A stretch of DNA of 63,512 bases, filler included, from Calcarisporiella thermophila CBS 279.70 (Eukaryota; Fungi; Calcarisporiellomycota): assembly GCF_041956535.1 (NCBI RefSeq). It is 12 parts of 11 records of this genome, joined end to end, with 100 filler letters (N's around TTAATTAATTAA, not from the genome) between each part and the next. Parts side by side here need not be neighbours in the genome. Positions count along the whole stretch, not along the records: positions 27,471 to 39,445 come from NW_027192210.1; positions 39,546 to 48,114 come from NW_027192195.1; positions 48,215 to 49,989 come from NW_027192219.1; positions 50,090 to 53,570 come from NW_027192200.1; 8 more parts are not named here. The stretch is one strand, 5' to 3'. The notes beneath the pieces were generated by a model, which saw only the letters and a program-made list of their open reading frames with translations, was not told the origin of the DNA and ran no database searches. How positions within the stretch are numbered: the first letter of the stretch is position 1; every line of letters starts with the position of its first letter. Positions 38,032 through 50,271 of this stretch are shown in pieces. Made by a program: the position numbers and the translations under genes.

Positions 38032-38680
38032 CTAATACTTCGTGTGTCCTCCTTTTGCACTATATACAGCACGCACTCGCTCCGGCATGCTTGCATAGAG
38101 CTTGCTGACAAATTCTACATCTATGCTTTCCCATTCTTTCTCAACACGTTCCCATAGTTCGTTCTTGTTCTTAGGAAGCCGTTGAAAATAACTTAGCCTT
38201 CGTTTTAGTTCGCTCCACATATGCTCCATTCTATTGAGATCAGGCGACTGCGAAGGCCATTCTAGCACGTCTATCCTCTTGTTTCTCAACCATTCCCGGG
38301 TTACGTTGGATGTATGTTTTGGATCGTTGTCATGTTGGAATATGACTTGGGATTTCTTTATCCCATAATAATCCAAAAATTCAAGATAATCTTCGTTAAG
38401 GATATTCATGTATAATACGGAGTCGAGCCCTCCGTCGATACGGCTCAAGTTACCGACGCCTTGTGAAGTGACGCAGCTCCACGCCATCAAAGACCCACCA
38501 CCGTGTTTGAGTGTTGACCTTATATGGCGACTGCGAAGTGGCTCAGCTTTGTGCTTATAATAATATTCTCTGCCGCTTGCTTGGGCGAATGTGACCTGCG
38601 TTTCATCTGAGAGTACAACTCGCTTCCAATCAGCTTCGGTCCAGTCTTTTACTTCTTGGCAAACTCCATCCTCCGTCTTC
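38032..38680 (-). mobile_element. Tc1-family DDE transposase remnant, 5' truncated
   Basis: KHGGGSLMAWSC, FQHDNDPKHTS, WPSQSPDLNRMEHMW, GGHTKY. Confidence 0.88.
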
Positions 38681-39245
38681 GGTGTGCAGTTAACAGTAAA
38701 ATATTTGTCTTGGATTATTGTCAGGAAGAGTTTTATTGACCCAAGAGGATATATATTGAATGATACCGAACACCGGCGCTTCAGTGAGTTCTATGCAAAC
38801 CTTTACAAAACTAATCTCTCTTTAATATAGCTATTAATGCATGTTTTTATTATATGGCATCTATTTAAGCACATAAAAGGACATATTTCTTGTAATAGGA
38901 TGTTGAAAGAAAGGGCTTTCAATATAGCCGCTTACGGACCAAAGATGGTCACAATATAAGCTCGAGGCGATATCGTAATGATGTTGATGTTTACTGGCGT
39001 AATAATTTTACCGTTGCAGTAATAACTTAACATTGCTTTTTGCGTTACCATTGAGTTAACTAATAGTATAAATTTTCTTGGCTGGCATGTTCAAGTTGAT
39101 AGTAACGCGAGATATCACAGCCCAAGCTCAATGGTTACGAAAGAATGATATGCAGTGAGTAATATAAAAAAAAACTATTGCTTTATATTTTAATTGTGTT
39201 TTTTTTTTGCTCTTTATATAAACATCATCGATAATATATTTGTAG

Positions 39246-39445
39246 ATAGACTGCGGACTTTGTCAGCAGTCCACGCTTCAGGATGATGAGGCCGATTTAT
39301 TGGATAAAATGAGCTGGTGCAAAGAATAAAGAAAAAGTAAACAAAAAAAAAATAGTACGATAATCTGAACGTGATTTTGCTATAAATATGAACCGACCAA
39401 GGAGATGTTTCCTCGGCCGTTTTGAGCTGGATACTTCCGTTTAAT
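39246..39445 (+). mobile_element. Left end (left ITR) of the DIRS family seen at 3289-4320
   Basis: 39246-39288 is the reverse complement of ICR 3890-3932, and the sequence continues as the reverse complement of the right ITR (4108-4237). Confidence 0.85.
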
Positions 39446-39756
39446 NNNNNNNNNNNNNNNNNNNNNNNNNNNNNNNNNNNNNNNNNNNNTTAATTAATTA
39501 ANNNNNNNNNNNNNNNNNNNNNNNNNNNNNNNNNNNNNNNNNNNNATTAATGACGTACACCACCAGATGAGAAAAAGTTTAAGACTCTTTTAATGAACTT
39601 TGGGCACGACACTTAAAGAGCATTGGCCAAGCCTGTGAAGGCTAATAAAATTTATTAATATTACCAAAGATATATGAGATTCAAAAGGTATTTAAGGGAT
39701 TAAAATAAGAATATTAAAAAGTCTAGTAGTTCAGCCAAGAATTATATATAACTTAT

Positions 39757-42700
39757 CTAATTTAGCATCTTTTCCAAATGAAACAAGGTAAGATTAAAAG
39801 GATCACACTTATGTTGAGCTAACTTCTGAAGTATTTCTTCAAAAGTAGTAATCAAACCATCCACAGTAGAGGGCTTAATCATACTTTGATTAGTCAAGGC
39901 TGTGGCTCTTAAGGTATCTCCAGACGAGTAAAGCGTAAGATAGAGTGGATAACCAGTATTTTCAAAAGAATCGATCTCGGACAAATCGAAGCAATCTGGT
40001 TTATAATCTATAGTGTGGTTGCGGAAATTCGAATCTTGGAATGAAAGTACAGTTGGAACGCTGCATTGTGGCCATTGAATGCCAGTCCAACGAACAATAT
40101 CACCAAGCGAAACATTACTATGAGAAAGCGATGATACATGTTGGGCCTGGATCGCTTGTAAGGCTTCGGATAAAGATGTCGAGTTTTTCAAAATAACCCT
40201 GACAGGCACATGGTTAATGAGGGGGCCAAGTATCCTAATTTATATAAAGTACATGTTTTAATAGAAATCGTTAATATTAAACCATAAATATATACCTTGT
40301 CGCATTAAAAATGCTGTTATCACGGCCTAATAAAACGCAACCAAAGATAATATCGTCGCAATGAGTGTAATGTCGTAAAGAGATAGCCCATATAGCTCGC
40401 AGAAAGTTAGATATTGTCACACCATATTCTCTACAATGGCGAAGAATACGATCAAATGGAATATCAAGATTGTAAGTGCGAGTGATAGGGTAAGTTTCAT
40501 TTTCGGCCATTTGACTATTCAAGATCCGGAAATTTTTGTGAACGTCAGCACTGTTAAACAATGTTTGCCAGTATTGCCTAGTATCCTCAATATTTGTTGC
40601 CATAATTGCTTCTATATGCGCTTTAAAAGGCGGGCGAGTTTCAATAATGCCGCCGGAGTAGGCCTTCAATAAATCAGCGAATAGCATTGTCGACGACCAA
40701 GCGTCCGTGATATTGTGGTGCATGGTCAAAAATAGTCGATGGCGATTGGTATTTTTAATATGTACCACCTTAATTCTAGTGAAAGCTACGTTGTGAATGT
40801 TAAATCCACGACATCGATCAAAAAGGAGAAAGCCTTCTTGGGCCAATTCGGCTCCATCTAATTCCCATTCTGAGGTATCTTCGAAGACATCTGGAGGGGT
40901 TTTGAGAACTACTTGATAAACTCCTACTTGTGTGGAGATAAATGAAGTGCGCAGAATTGAATTGGCTGCCGCTACTCGATACCAAGCTGATCGCATACGC
41001 CCTTCATCAAATTCGCCCTCAATCTCGTACACCCACTGCAATATGTAAGATTGCCTATCGCTCTCTAGTGCCGAAATAAAACTGGATTGAAGTGGAGTTG
41101 CTGGATAAATATCCTCCACGTCCCGTGGGAGTAGCTTTAAGGCCGGCAAGTGAATATTCTCAATCTCTAATATAAGCTCTGGGTTCGTAGCCAAGGTAAA
41201 ATCGGTGCTGGTGAAACCTCCAGGTGTGTTGGTGTCACAGCAATGTTTAATGAGCCAATGCATTTCTTCGACCCACGTTCTTCCCCATGAAGCTAGAATA
41301 TCTTCATAGAAAAGTGAAGAGTTGAATGAAAAACTTAGCTCAAGGGACCCATTTTCATCGTAGTAGCAATTGAGGAGAACATCGTGTAATATTTCATTTT
41401 CTGAGATGTCGCAAGAATCGAATTGAGCATCTGGAACGAATAACGACGACGGTTGCTCGAAATTATAAAAGTGTCCAAAATAGTTGAAGTAAATAGGTGA
41501 GAGTTCATGTTGTTTGACCAACTCTGCTCCTCCAGTAGAAGTACTGTTTAGGTATTTGATTATACCATATGATAGCCCCTTGTCCGGTATCGATTGTAAG
41601 GTACTCTTGACCTTCTTGACCGCTTCGCTAATGGTATCACTTACTTCTGAAGAAAGTGTAACTGGATAAATTGTAGTAAACCAGCCCACGGTTTTGGTCA
41701 TGTCCAGCTGGTTATCCCATGGCTCGCGTCCATGGCCTTCAAGATTCAGAGATAAGAGCGTTAGTCGATTATTTTTACGAAAACTCAAAAGAAGTGCCGT
41801 TAATATCAGATCCTGGGTGTTTGTCCTATAAGCCGAATTCGCCATATCCAAAAGTTTGGTTGATTCGTTGCTTATTCGGTAGTAAAGAATGCGATTGTTA
41901 TCACTAGAGACTCTACTAATGTATAAAAAGAGACAGTCAGATTATTTTGGCGTCAAATATAACTCAAACACAAAGCAACTCTTACCTTTTGTTGACACAA
42001 CGAATTAGATCCATGTTTGTAGTACTGAGATGAGGTATCCACTTCTCTGCACTGAACTTATCTGCTTGTTGCACCTGCAAAAACGCCCATTCGCGATACG
42101 ATAACGTCTTTTCTTCAAGCTGAAATCCTCTTAGAAGAGTTTCAAGGTCATCCAGTAATATTCGCCAAGATACAAGATCTACTACCAGGTGATGAATGAA
42201 GAAACCTATCCTTTGCTCTCCTTTGATCTGTATGTAAGAAGAGGTGAGATGAGACAAAACCATAAGTTTTCACAGTGGTTTTATTTTGGGGCACTTACCT
42301 CGAATAGCGCAGCCTTGTGAACATTCCCTCTTTCAATATCAAAAGAGGATGCTATGTGCTTTATGTGTGCTTGGAGTTCCTCATTTGTTTCACATAAAAT
42401 ATGCACGACGTTGGCAGGACATGCTTCTGCTTTCATTATTACTTGATTCCATCGTTCAGTATTATCTCGGTAGTAGCGCGCTCTTAGAGTATCATGATGA
42501 GCAACGATTCGTGAGATGGCTTGTTTGAAGAGATTGAAGCCAATTCTCTCTCTCGGAATTAAAACCCATCCTTGGTTATAATGATTAAGGCGCAATGTTT
42601 TGCCTGTCAAAAAATGATTTTGTATTGGTGTAAGGGGAGTATCACCAACAGCAGCTAACATTGATTTCCTCGCCAAATGACTTTTTACTACCTCCGATAG

Positions 42701-45700
42701 TCTCGCTGGAGTGGGTGACCTGAATATTTGCTGAACGGATGCATGGAGGTTCTTTTTGCGGAGAGCGGATACCAAAGCGATGGCAGAGATCGAATCACCA
42801 CCAAGTGTAAAGAAAGATGAATGAAGGTTAATGCAACTGGCATCAAGGTTGAGTACCAACGCCATGGATTCGATGACCCGTCTCTGATTATCGGAGATTG
42901 CACCATATTGTGGTTTTCTTTGATGTTGGGAAATATTCATTAGCTTCGATTTATCAACCTTTCCATTAGTCGTCATGGGGAAATCTTCCAGCGAAAATAT
43001 GGCAGCTGGCACCATGTAGTCAGGCAAGAAATCAAACAACGAGTCTCGGACGGCTTCATCATCCACCTCGGCTGGTGTAACAAAGCCATACAGGGTATTA
43101 TCGTGTACCACAGCAACGGCAGACTTAACCCCTTCATATCGGCGCATTGCAATTGCTACCTCTTCAAGCTCTACTCGGTACCCCTTCAGCTTAACCTGGT
43201 CGTCAACTCGTCCACAGAACTCCAACTCGCCCGAAGAAAGCCAGCGCACTACATCGCCCGAAGCATACATTCGGCTTCCAGGCCCTGCAAACGGATCTTC
43301 AACGAACTTCTTGGCAGTCAGCTCGGGTAGATTGAGATAGCCCATTGCCACCCCCACGCCGCCAATGTACATCTGACCCTTGACTCCAATGGGGACGGGT
43401 CGAAGCTCATTGTCGAGCACATATGCTCTCATGTTGGGAAACACTCTTCCCATCGTGGGTGACATGCCAGGTTTTAGGGGTTGGGTGCAGGTGCAAAATA
43501 TTGAGCACTCCGTTGCTCCATAATCGTTATAAAAGTCGGCCTGTGCGCCCCATCGATCCACCAAGGAGGGCGGGCACACTTCCCCAACTGTGTTGATAAC
43601 TTTGATATTTTTGTAGCTTTTAGGGTCGAACTTAAGAAGACCGGTTGGAGTCAATCTCACAAAATCAACCCTGGACAATGTTGATGCAATATTATCTTCC
43701 GGCAAGATTAGGGTGGCGCCCTTTGACAATGTCATGAAGATATCCGCCACACACGCATCGAATGACACAGACATAAATCCACCAGCTCGAATTCCAGGTT
43801 TAAGATGTGATGCAGTGGGATGTTCTAGCACATTGTTAATTGCACCCTTATGTTGAACCATGACCCCTTTTGGTTTCCCAGTCGTACCAGAGGTGAAGCT
43901 ATGGAGAAAAAATACTGATGAGAAAAAAAAAGATGTAATATAGAAGTAGTATCAACATTTACATAATATAGGCCAGGTCTTCTCCCGTAGCTACTTCCGC
44001 AGGTTTGCTCACTTCATCACAGCTCCAACCACAGCCATCTACAAGTATGACCTTTTGCGAATATAGCTCTGGGACCGATCCCACGTCCCGCACGGTCGAT
44101 AGTAAAATAGGATCTGGTATATCGTCAAGGATGGATGCAATGCGCTGACAAGGATACCCTGCATCAATGGGGACATATGCACCTCCAGCCTTGAGGACCG
44201 CGAGAATCCCCACAATCATCTCAATAGACCTCGTTACAACGAGACCAACGAATATGCCCGGACCAACCCCTTGATGGCTCAGAAAATGTGCAAACGCATT
44301 GGCCTGTACATCCAGTTCTTTGTAGGTGACGCTCCTATCTCCCTCTTCGACAGCAATATTTAAAGGAAACTGCCCAGCCATCTCCTCGAAGCCGTTGTGG
44401 AGACACTCAAATGGAATCTTCTTGCTGATCCCTCTACTGAAGTTTTCAACGAATGTGACTTCCTGCTCGGACAGTTGATTCAAGTCGCCAACCGTCAGCC
44501 TGTCCGCCGAATTGCTTCTCAGAACTTCGTGCACTATCATCCGATATTTGGACATCATCCTCGTTATGGCTTGGCCGTCAAAAGCAGAGGCATCGTAATT
44601 GACGTTAGAAAAAATTGTGCCGTTGTTGGGATGCAGTACGACAACTAGCGAATATTCTGTATTGCCAGGTTGTATGATATCGCAAGACTTGAATATTTGA
44701 GATCCGGCTCTCACAGAGGGAGAAAATATATCGAGACTTATATAATTGAATAGTGTTGGAAACATCGCGCGAGTCCAGGGAAGATCAGTCCACTGCTTGA
44801 TGTCCGAGAGAGACGTTTGACTATAGGGAAGAGAGTTGATATGGAACTCTTGTATTGCAAGAAGTAGCCGCTCCACTGTCATTGCGGTATCCAATACAGC
44901 CCGGAGTGGAATGGTGTTAATCAGCGGGCCGAATATCCTATTGCAATTAGTAGAGATCAGCCAACCTAACTTGAATGTAACCTCAATAGATATGTCATAC
45001 TTTGTAACATCCCGAACGCCGGATTCGCGTCCCAGAACGACGCAGCCAAATATCACATCGCCGCAGCGAGTATAGTGATAAAGAACTACAGCCCACATTG
45101 CACGAAGGAAGTTGGATGTGGTTACACCAAGCTTTTGGCAATAGCTCTGGATCTCTTCACTCGTGACTCCCAAGTCAAATGACAGATCGCGGAAGCCCTT
45201 TTCTTCAGATTTACGCGGCATGTCCACAATCTCCAACTGACCCGGAACCGTCGCTCCATCAAATACCGACCTCCAAAACTCCGTTGCCTCGGTGGAGTTA
45301 CCGGAGAGTAGCGACTCAATATGTGCTCTGAAAGGTGGTCGGGCCTCCACCGCACCTCCAAGATATGCCCTGTGCAGATCTTCGAAGAATAGCGGCATCG
45401 ACCAGCCATCCATGATCGAATGATGCATGGTCCAAAGCAACCGATGTCGGCTTGTGCCCTTGATGTGGGCAACCGAAAATCTCACAAATGTCATGCACTC
45501 CAGGCTGAATCCTCGTTGTCGCTCCGCGGCCAAGAGAACCTCCTGCTGCTCGTCAACCTCTGACTGACTCCACTCAACCATCTGCACAAATGCTTGCTGC
45601 GGTCGTTTGAGAACAACCTGGAGGACGCCTTCTCGAGTGGTGATAAACATTGTGCGGAGAATGGTGTTTGCACTCGCTATTTTGGTCCAAGCAACCAGCA

Positions 45701-47650
45701 GCCGGTCAATGTCGAAATCTCGTTCAACCTCATAGACCGACTGCATTAAATACGATCCGGAATCTTGTAAAAGACGCGACACGAAACTCGTCTGCAATGG
45801 GGTGGCCGGGTAGATGTCCTCTACTTCCCGCGGCTTAAGTCCCAATGATGGTAGAAATTCAGCCTCAATCTCCTCAAGCAAGGTGGGATCCTTCAGTAGA
45901 GTAAAATCGAAGATCGAGGAAGCTCCGGCAGTATCTGGGCTGCAGCAGTGGGTTATAATCCTTTGCATCGAAGCCACCCACTCTTTCCCCCATGAGGCAA
46001 GGAGATCGGTTTGGAACAGCAGCGGGTTGAAGCTCATTATCATTTGGAGGCTTTTGCTAGTATTGAGCACATATTCGACGCTGATTGCATTATATATCTG
46101 GCTCTCACCACCGCCGTACACACCGCATTGCTCCTCGGTCGTAAAGAGGGATAACTCTCTATTACCATCACAATAAAATTCAGAGCACCTGAAATAAATT
46201 GTCATGTTGCGTTCGCCTTGATTTGGCCCTCCCTGTCTAATTGGCAATGTCAAAGCTTCGTTCATAGCGGAGGTCAAATCTCCAGCTGGTGTTGTATATA
46301 GAGCGGCTTTGATTCCCTTGACAATGGTACTAAGTTCATCCCCATTGGTCATGGATAGAGAGGTGAGATGGTGGGTGCCAAATTGTCCCACCGTTCTTGA
46401 GAGGTCGAGGTACTCGCCTGCATGTCTACGGCTCAAGTCTTCAAAGACGATTGGAAGAAATCCCTCTCCCGTGGTCTCTTGGAGGCTAATCAGGAGAGCC
46501 GCAAGTATCAGATGGTGATTGTCTGTCTTATAAGCTTCATTGGCCAACTCAAGTGCACTTGCATTGATCTCATTAACGATCTTGCAAATGCCACTTATCG
46601 AGTCACTATCGGTTCTAAAATAGGCAAAATGTGCCATAAGATAATGATAATGGTGGGCTTGCCTGATTTTGGACAACAACTTACCTAGCAAATTGATAGG
46701 TGGAGGGAGCATCCCAGTTAAGCAACTGAATAAAGCGCTGCTTCTCCCCATTACCACCATTGGATGCCTGCTGCTCCATCCACTGTGACCATTCGCGGAA
46801 CGAAGTCGTCTTCTCCCCAAGCTCGCCCCCGCATAGCAGCCGATCAAGGTCCTCGAGCAGAATACGCCAAGACGCGAGATCAGCCACAAGACTACTCGTC
46901 GCGAAATACATCCTCTGCTTGCTCCCAATCTGTAAACATATCCAATGGTTCGGTTGTATCACAGTTAGAACAATTGTCTGCCTATCAGAAGTTCAACAAT
47001 GGCGCATTTACCTCGAAGAGTGCGGCGCAGTAAACGTGCTCTCCTGCACACTCACGAGAGCTTAGGCGTTTAGCCTGCTCCCACACTTCCTCCTCACTCT
47101 CACATAAGATGTGGCTAACATTCACTTCACATGCATCAGGCTCCAATACGTTGCATGTCCAGCAGTCATCCTCATCTAAATAGAAGCGCGCCCGGAGCAT
47201 ATCATGGTGGGATACGATCTTCCTTACAGCTTCATGGAAATCCATGTAGTCGATGCGCTTACGTGGTATAAAGAATCTGTCCCGGTCATATCGACAAGGA
47301 TGCAGGTGTAAGGCCTGAATGAGGCGTTCTTGTAGTGGTGTCAAAGGAGTGTCTCCAACTGCACCAGCTGCAATTGCACTAGGCTCTTTCCATGCTTCTT
47401 GCGCAACTTCAGCTAATCGTGCGGGAATCGCAGCTCTAAAGATTTGCTGCGTGGTAATGTGTAGGCCATGCCGACGGAATTCATCTGCCATAACTATTGC
47501 CGAAATCGAATCACCACCAATATCGAAAAAAGATGTATTGGAATTGATAAGACTGGGGTCTATTTTGGATATTGATGCCATTATTTTCATAGCCAACTGC
47601 TCTCTCTCTGCCGTCGGTTGTAGAGACATTTCCTGATTCTGGCTTACCAT
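39757..47650 (-). CDS. Nonribosomal peptide synthetase, T-E(inactive)-C-A-T-E-C, multi-exon
   Basis: GGDSI twice; C domains HHSIMDG and HHNITDA; A motifs TSGTTGKPKG, YGATE, GRVDDQVKLKGYRVE, NGK; E2 motifs HHLVVD, EGHGRE, TVGWFT. Confidence 0.92.
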
Positions 47651-48214
47651 TATTACCTAATACTACTTTTCACACTATTATTCTATTGTAAAAAAGATTT
47701 TTTTTGGCAAGACACTCACGGTATATATTGTCAAGTGCGGATGTAGGGATAAGAAAGCAATAGGGTACGAAAACGGTAGTATATTCCAAGCTTGATGCTT
47801 TGACAGCGGGATTTACAATATAGCATAATGTCCGAATTACCATATAATCTTCAGATTCAGACATATTCAGTTATGTCTTATAAGCCTTGGTTACATTATC
47901 CAATTAATTGCAAGTGTATCAATAGATCTGGTTGTATTGACCTCAAAATGAAAAGAATAAGTAATAATATCATTTGAAGTATCTCTTATTGCAAACCATC
48001 CCCTTCAAACTATCCAGATCCACCTCAATAGATTGAATATTTTAGAAAGTTTAAACCCCATATATTGTACATTTGTACACTTGTAAACTTCGCTTTGTTT
48101 GTGGGGTTGTTCACNNNNNNNNNNNNNNNNNNNNNNNNNNNNNNNNNNNNNNNNNNNNTTAATTAATTAANNNNNNNNNNNNNNNNNNNNNNNNNNNNNN
48201 NNNNNNNNNNNNNN

Positions 48215-48835
48215 TGACAAAGGTGAAGTGGGAAACGAGGAGGCGGATGTTGTCGGGGTATGGCAGAACATTTCGTGATTTTCTCTACTAGGTTGGGGGG
48301 GAGGATAAGGTATCCGTGTTCCCATTCTAAGGAAAAATCGTTATAGCGACGTTCGCACGCTCTTTTTAGCCTTTCCGTGGGTTGCGCAGAGTATCTACGC
48401 TCCATTTCCGATTGTATCGGCATGTTCCGCTCCAAATAGGCTTGTCGCCGGAGTGATCTACATTCTATCCTTCCTCCATTGATAAGGAAGGTTAGAATAT
48501 TGTTTAGTAGATACGGCGGTGTTGGCGGTTTCGGCTCCTCAAATTGTCGACCTTGTTTCGTAATTAAAGGGCATTTGTACAAGGGTAAAGACAGTACATC
48601 TGGAGTTGACCAGTTGGGTGACGCGACCGGGCCGCCTTCGAGAGTGCGCCACGCTTGATACAAGTTGTACCAAAATCCCCCTTTGCGTTTGAGTTTGGCA
48701 CATGTGAAGGTGGTTGCGAAGATGGACATCTCGTATCCGAATGGAGCGTACATGCTCAAGAGATTATGCTTCAGAATGCTTGCCCACAGAGGTGTTTTTG
48801 GGTCTTGGTTAGGCCTAGACCTTCCAAGTATCTAA
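48215..48835 (-). mobile_element. LINE ORF2 fragment related to 7640-8818
   Basis: YAPFGYEMSIFATTFTCAKLKRKGGFWYNLYQAWRTLEGG parallels the degenerate copy at ~8540-8660. Confidence 0.65.
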
Positions 48836-49066
48836 GTGACTGCTTACGTGATTTTTCCGTACCAAAAGCCAATATCCTTGTAACAAAAATATTACGTGGG
48901 TTTTGGGGTTTATCGTGAATATTTGTACGTAAAGAAAACAAATGAAAGATTTTCTTAAAAAAGAAAATAAGACAATAAATTTCAAGACTATTACTCAATA
49001 TAAAAAAAACTAATCCACCTCCCCGTTCACTCACGCTTGAATCTCTTCTTATATAACAAAATTAAA

Positions 49067-49165
49067 CTAATAGAACGAACCGATTAAACAAACTGGTTAA
49101 ACGAACTGAATAAACAAACTGGTTAAACGAACTGAATAGACAAACTGGTTAAACAACTAGTTTAA
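49067..49165. repeat. Minisatellite with a 26-bp unit (two related 13-mers), ~3 copies
   Basis: AAACAAACTGGTTAAACGAACTGAAT repeated. Confidence 0.8.
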
Positions 49166-49908
49166 CAAAACAGAACAAACTCGAATAAGATTTTCAAAGC
49201 GCTAGTAATTTGCCGAAAGGTTATTAAGGTAACAAAAACTTATTGTGCATAAAGTTAAAGAAGAAAAGAAGTTTTTTCTTTTTTGGCTTGTAGTGGCGCA
49301 GTTATGACTGTCTGTACGAAATACCGATATTCCCGTAACAAAATGTTACGGGCGAAAGGAGGTTTGTGTGGAGGGGTATCCGGATCTTGATAGAAATAAG
49401 AGATTTATCTTAATAATTCAGGGAATTGGTGTTGAACATTAATATAAACCGAAGGGTTTAAATAGAATTGTGATCAAAGGAGAATAATTCTCACTGGTGT
49501 TCAAAGATGAGATAGATAAGACAACAAAGTATCAATCAACATCAACAAGATAGCCATGAGGGAGTATAAGAGTAACCACGAGGGGTCGGCAACGTAGCGG
49601 TAATCGATTCTATTGGCTGCTCTACTTGAAAGATATCGCGCTTTCTGAATGTTTTTTTTTATCAATCAATGGAAACTTTTATTTAATTTCCATATATTAC
49701 ATGAAGTTATTGTCAATGAACTTAACATAACGAGATACAGGTCCTTGATCGATAGGCGTTCAATCGATATTCGTGTATCGTAGTTGTCGTGAATAGCATG
49801 TACGTGAAACCGATATAATCGTTGTACTTATCGTAAGGGCGATCTTTTCAATAATCAAGACTCAGCTTCTGATCAAGTGGACAGCAGTCACAAACTAAGA
49901 GTAAGTGC

Positions 49909-49987
49909 TGGTGGGGGAAGTGGGACTCGAACCCACGCCGTTCTCATCGGCATCCCAGGGATAGTCCACTACACTAACCCTCCCCCC
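49909..49987 (-). ncRNA. tRNA-like element with encoded CCA and no anticodon loop
   Basis: GGGGGAG/TTCCCCC-A-CCA acceptor, A-box TAGTGTAGTGG, T arm GTGGG-TTCGAGT-CCCAC, GCCG/CGGC hairpin. Confidence 0.5.
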
Positions 49988-50089
49988 GCNNNNNNNNNNN
50001 NNNNNNNNNNNNNNNNNNNNNNNNNNNNNNNNNTTAATTAATTAANNNNNNNNNNNNNNNNNNNNNNNNNNNNNNNNNNNNNNNNNNNN

Positions 50090-50242
50090 GAACCGCTCCC
50101 ATTTGAAAACGAGAGCGTTGACTTTGTGTTCGTGAGGTGTGTTGGACTCGGTGTGTATCAGAGCGAGTGGCCGAAACTCATTGAGGAGATAGCGAGAGTA
50201 CTTCAGCCGGGGAGATATTTAGAGGTTGTAGAATTGAGTAAT
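50090..50242 (+). CDS. Class I SAM methyltransferase internal exon fragment
   Basis: PLPFENESVDFVFVR...EWPKLIEEIARVLQPGRYLEVVE. Confidence 0.65.
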
Positions 50243-50271
50243 GTAAACTAATTGTATGTCGAATAATTTAG

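Noticed and set aside
47640-47864. Relic of a starter A domain upstream of T1 (TLCYIVNPAV; out-of-frame NGK)
   Set aside because: Similarity is too weak and out of frame to support without an alignment.
27471-48114. One large BGC combining TF, P450, MT and NRPS
   Set aside because: The linker at 39446-39545 separates two contigs, so adjacency is not evidence of linkage.
49067-49165. CRISPR-like array
   Set aside because: Contiguous tandem units with no unique spacers; eukaryotic context; no cas genes.
49909-49987. tRNA-Sec or tmRNA
   Set aside because: No TCA anticodon or extended acceptor stem, and no tag-coding region.
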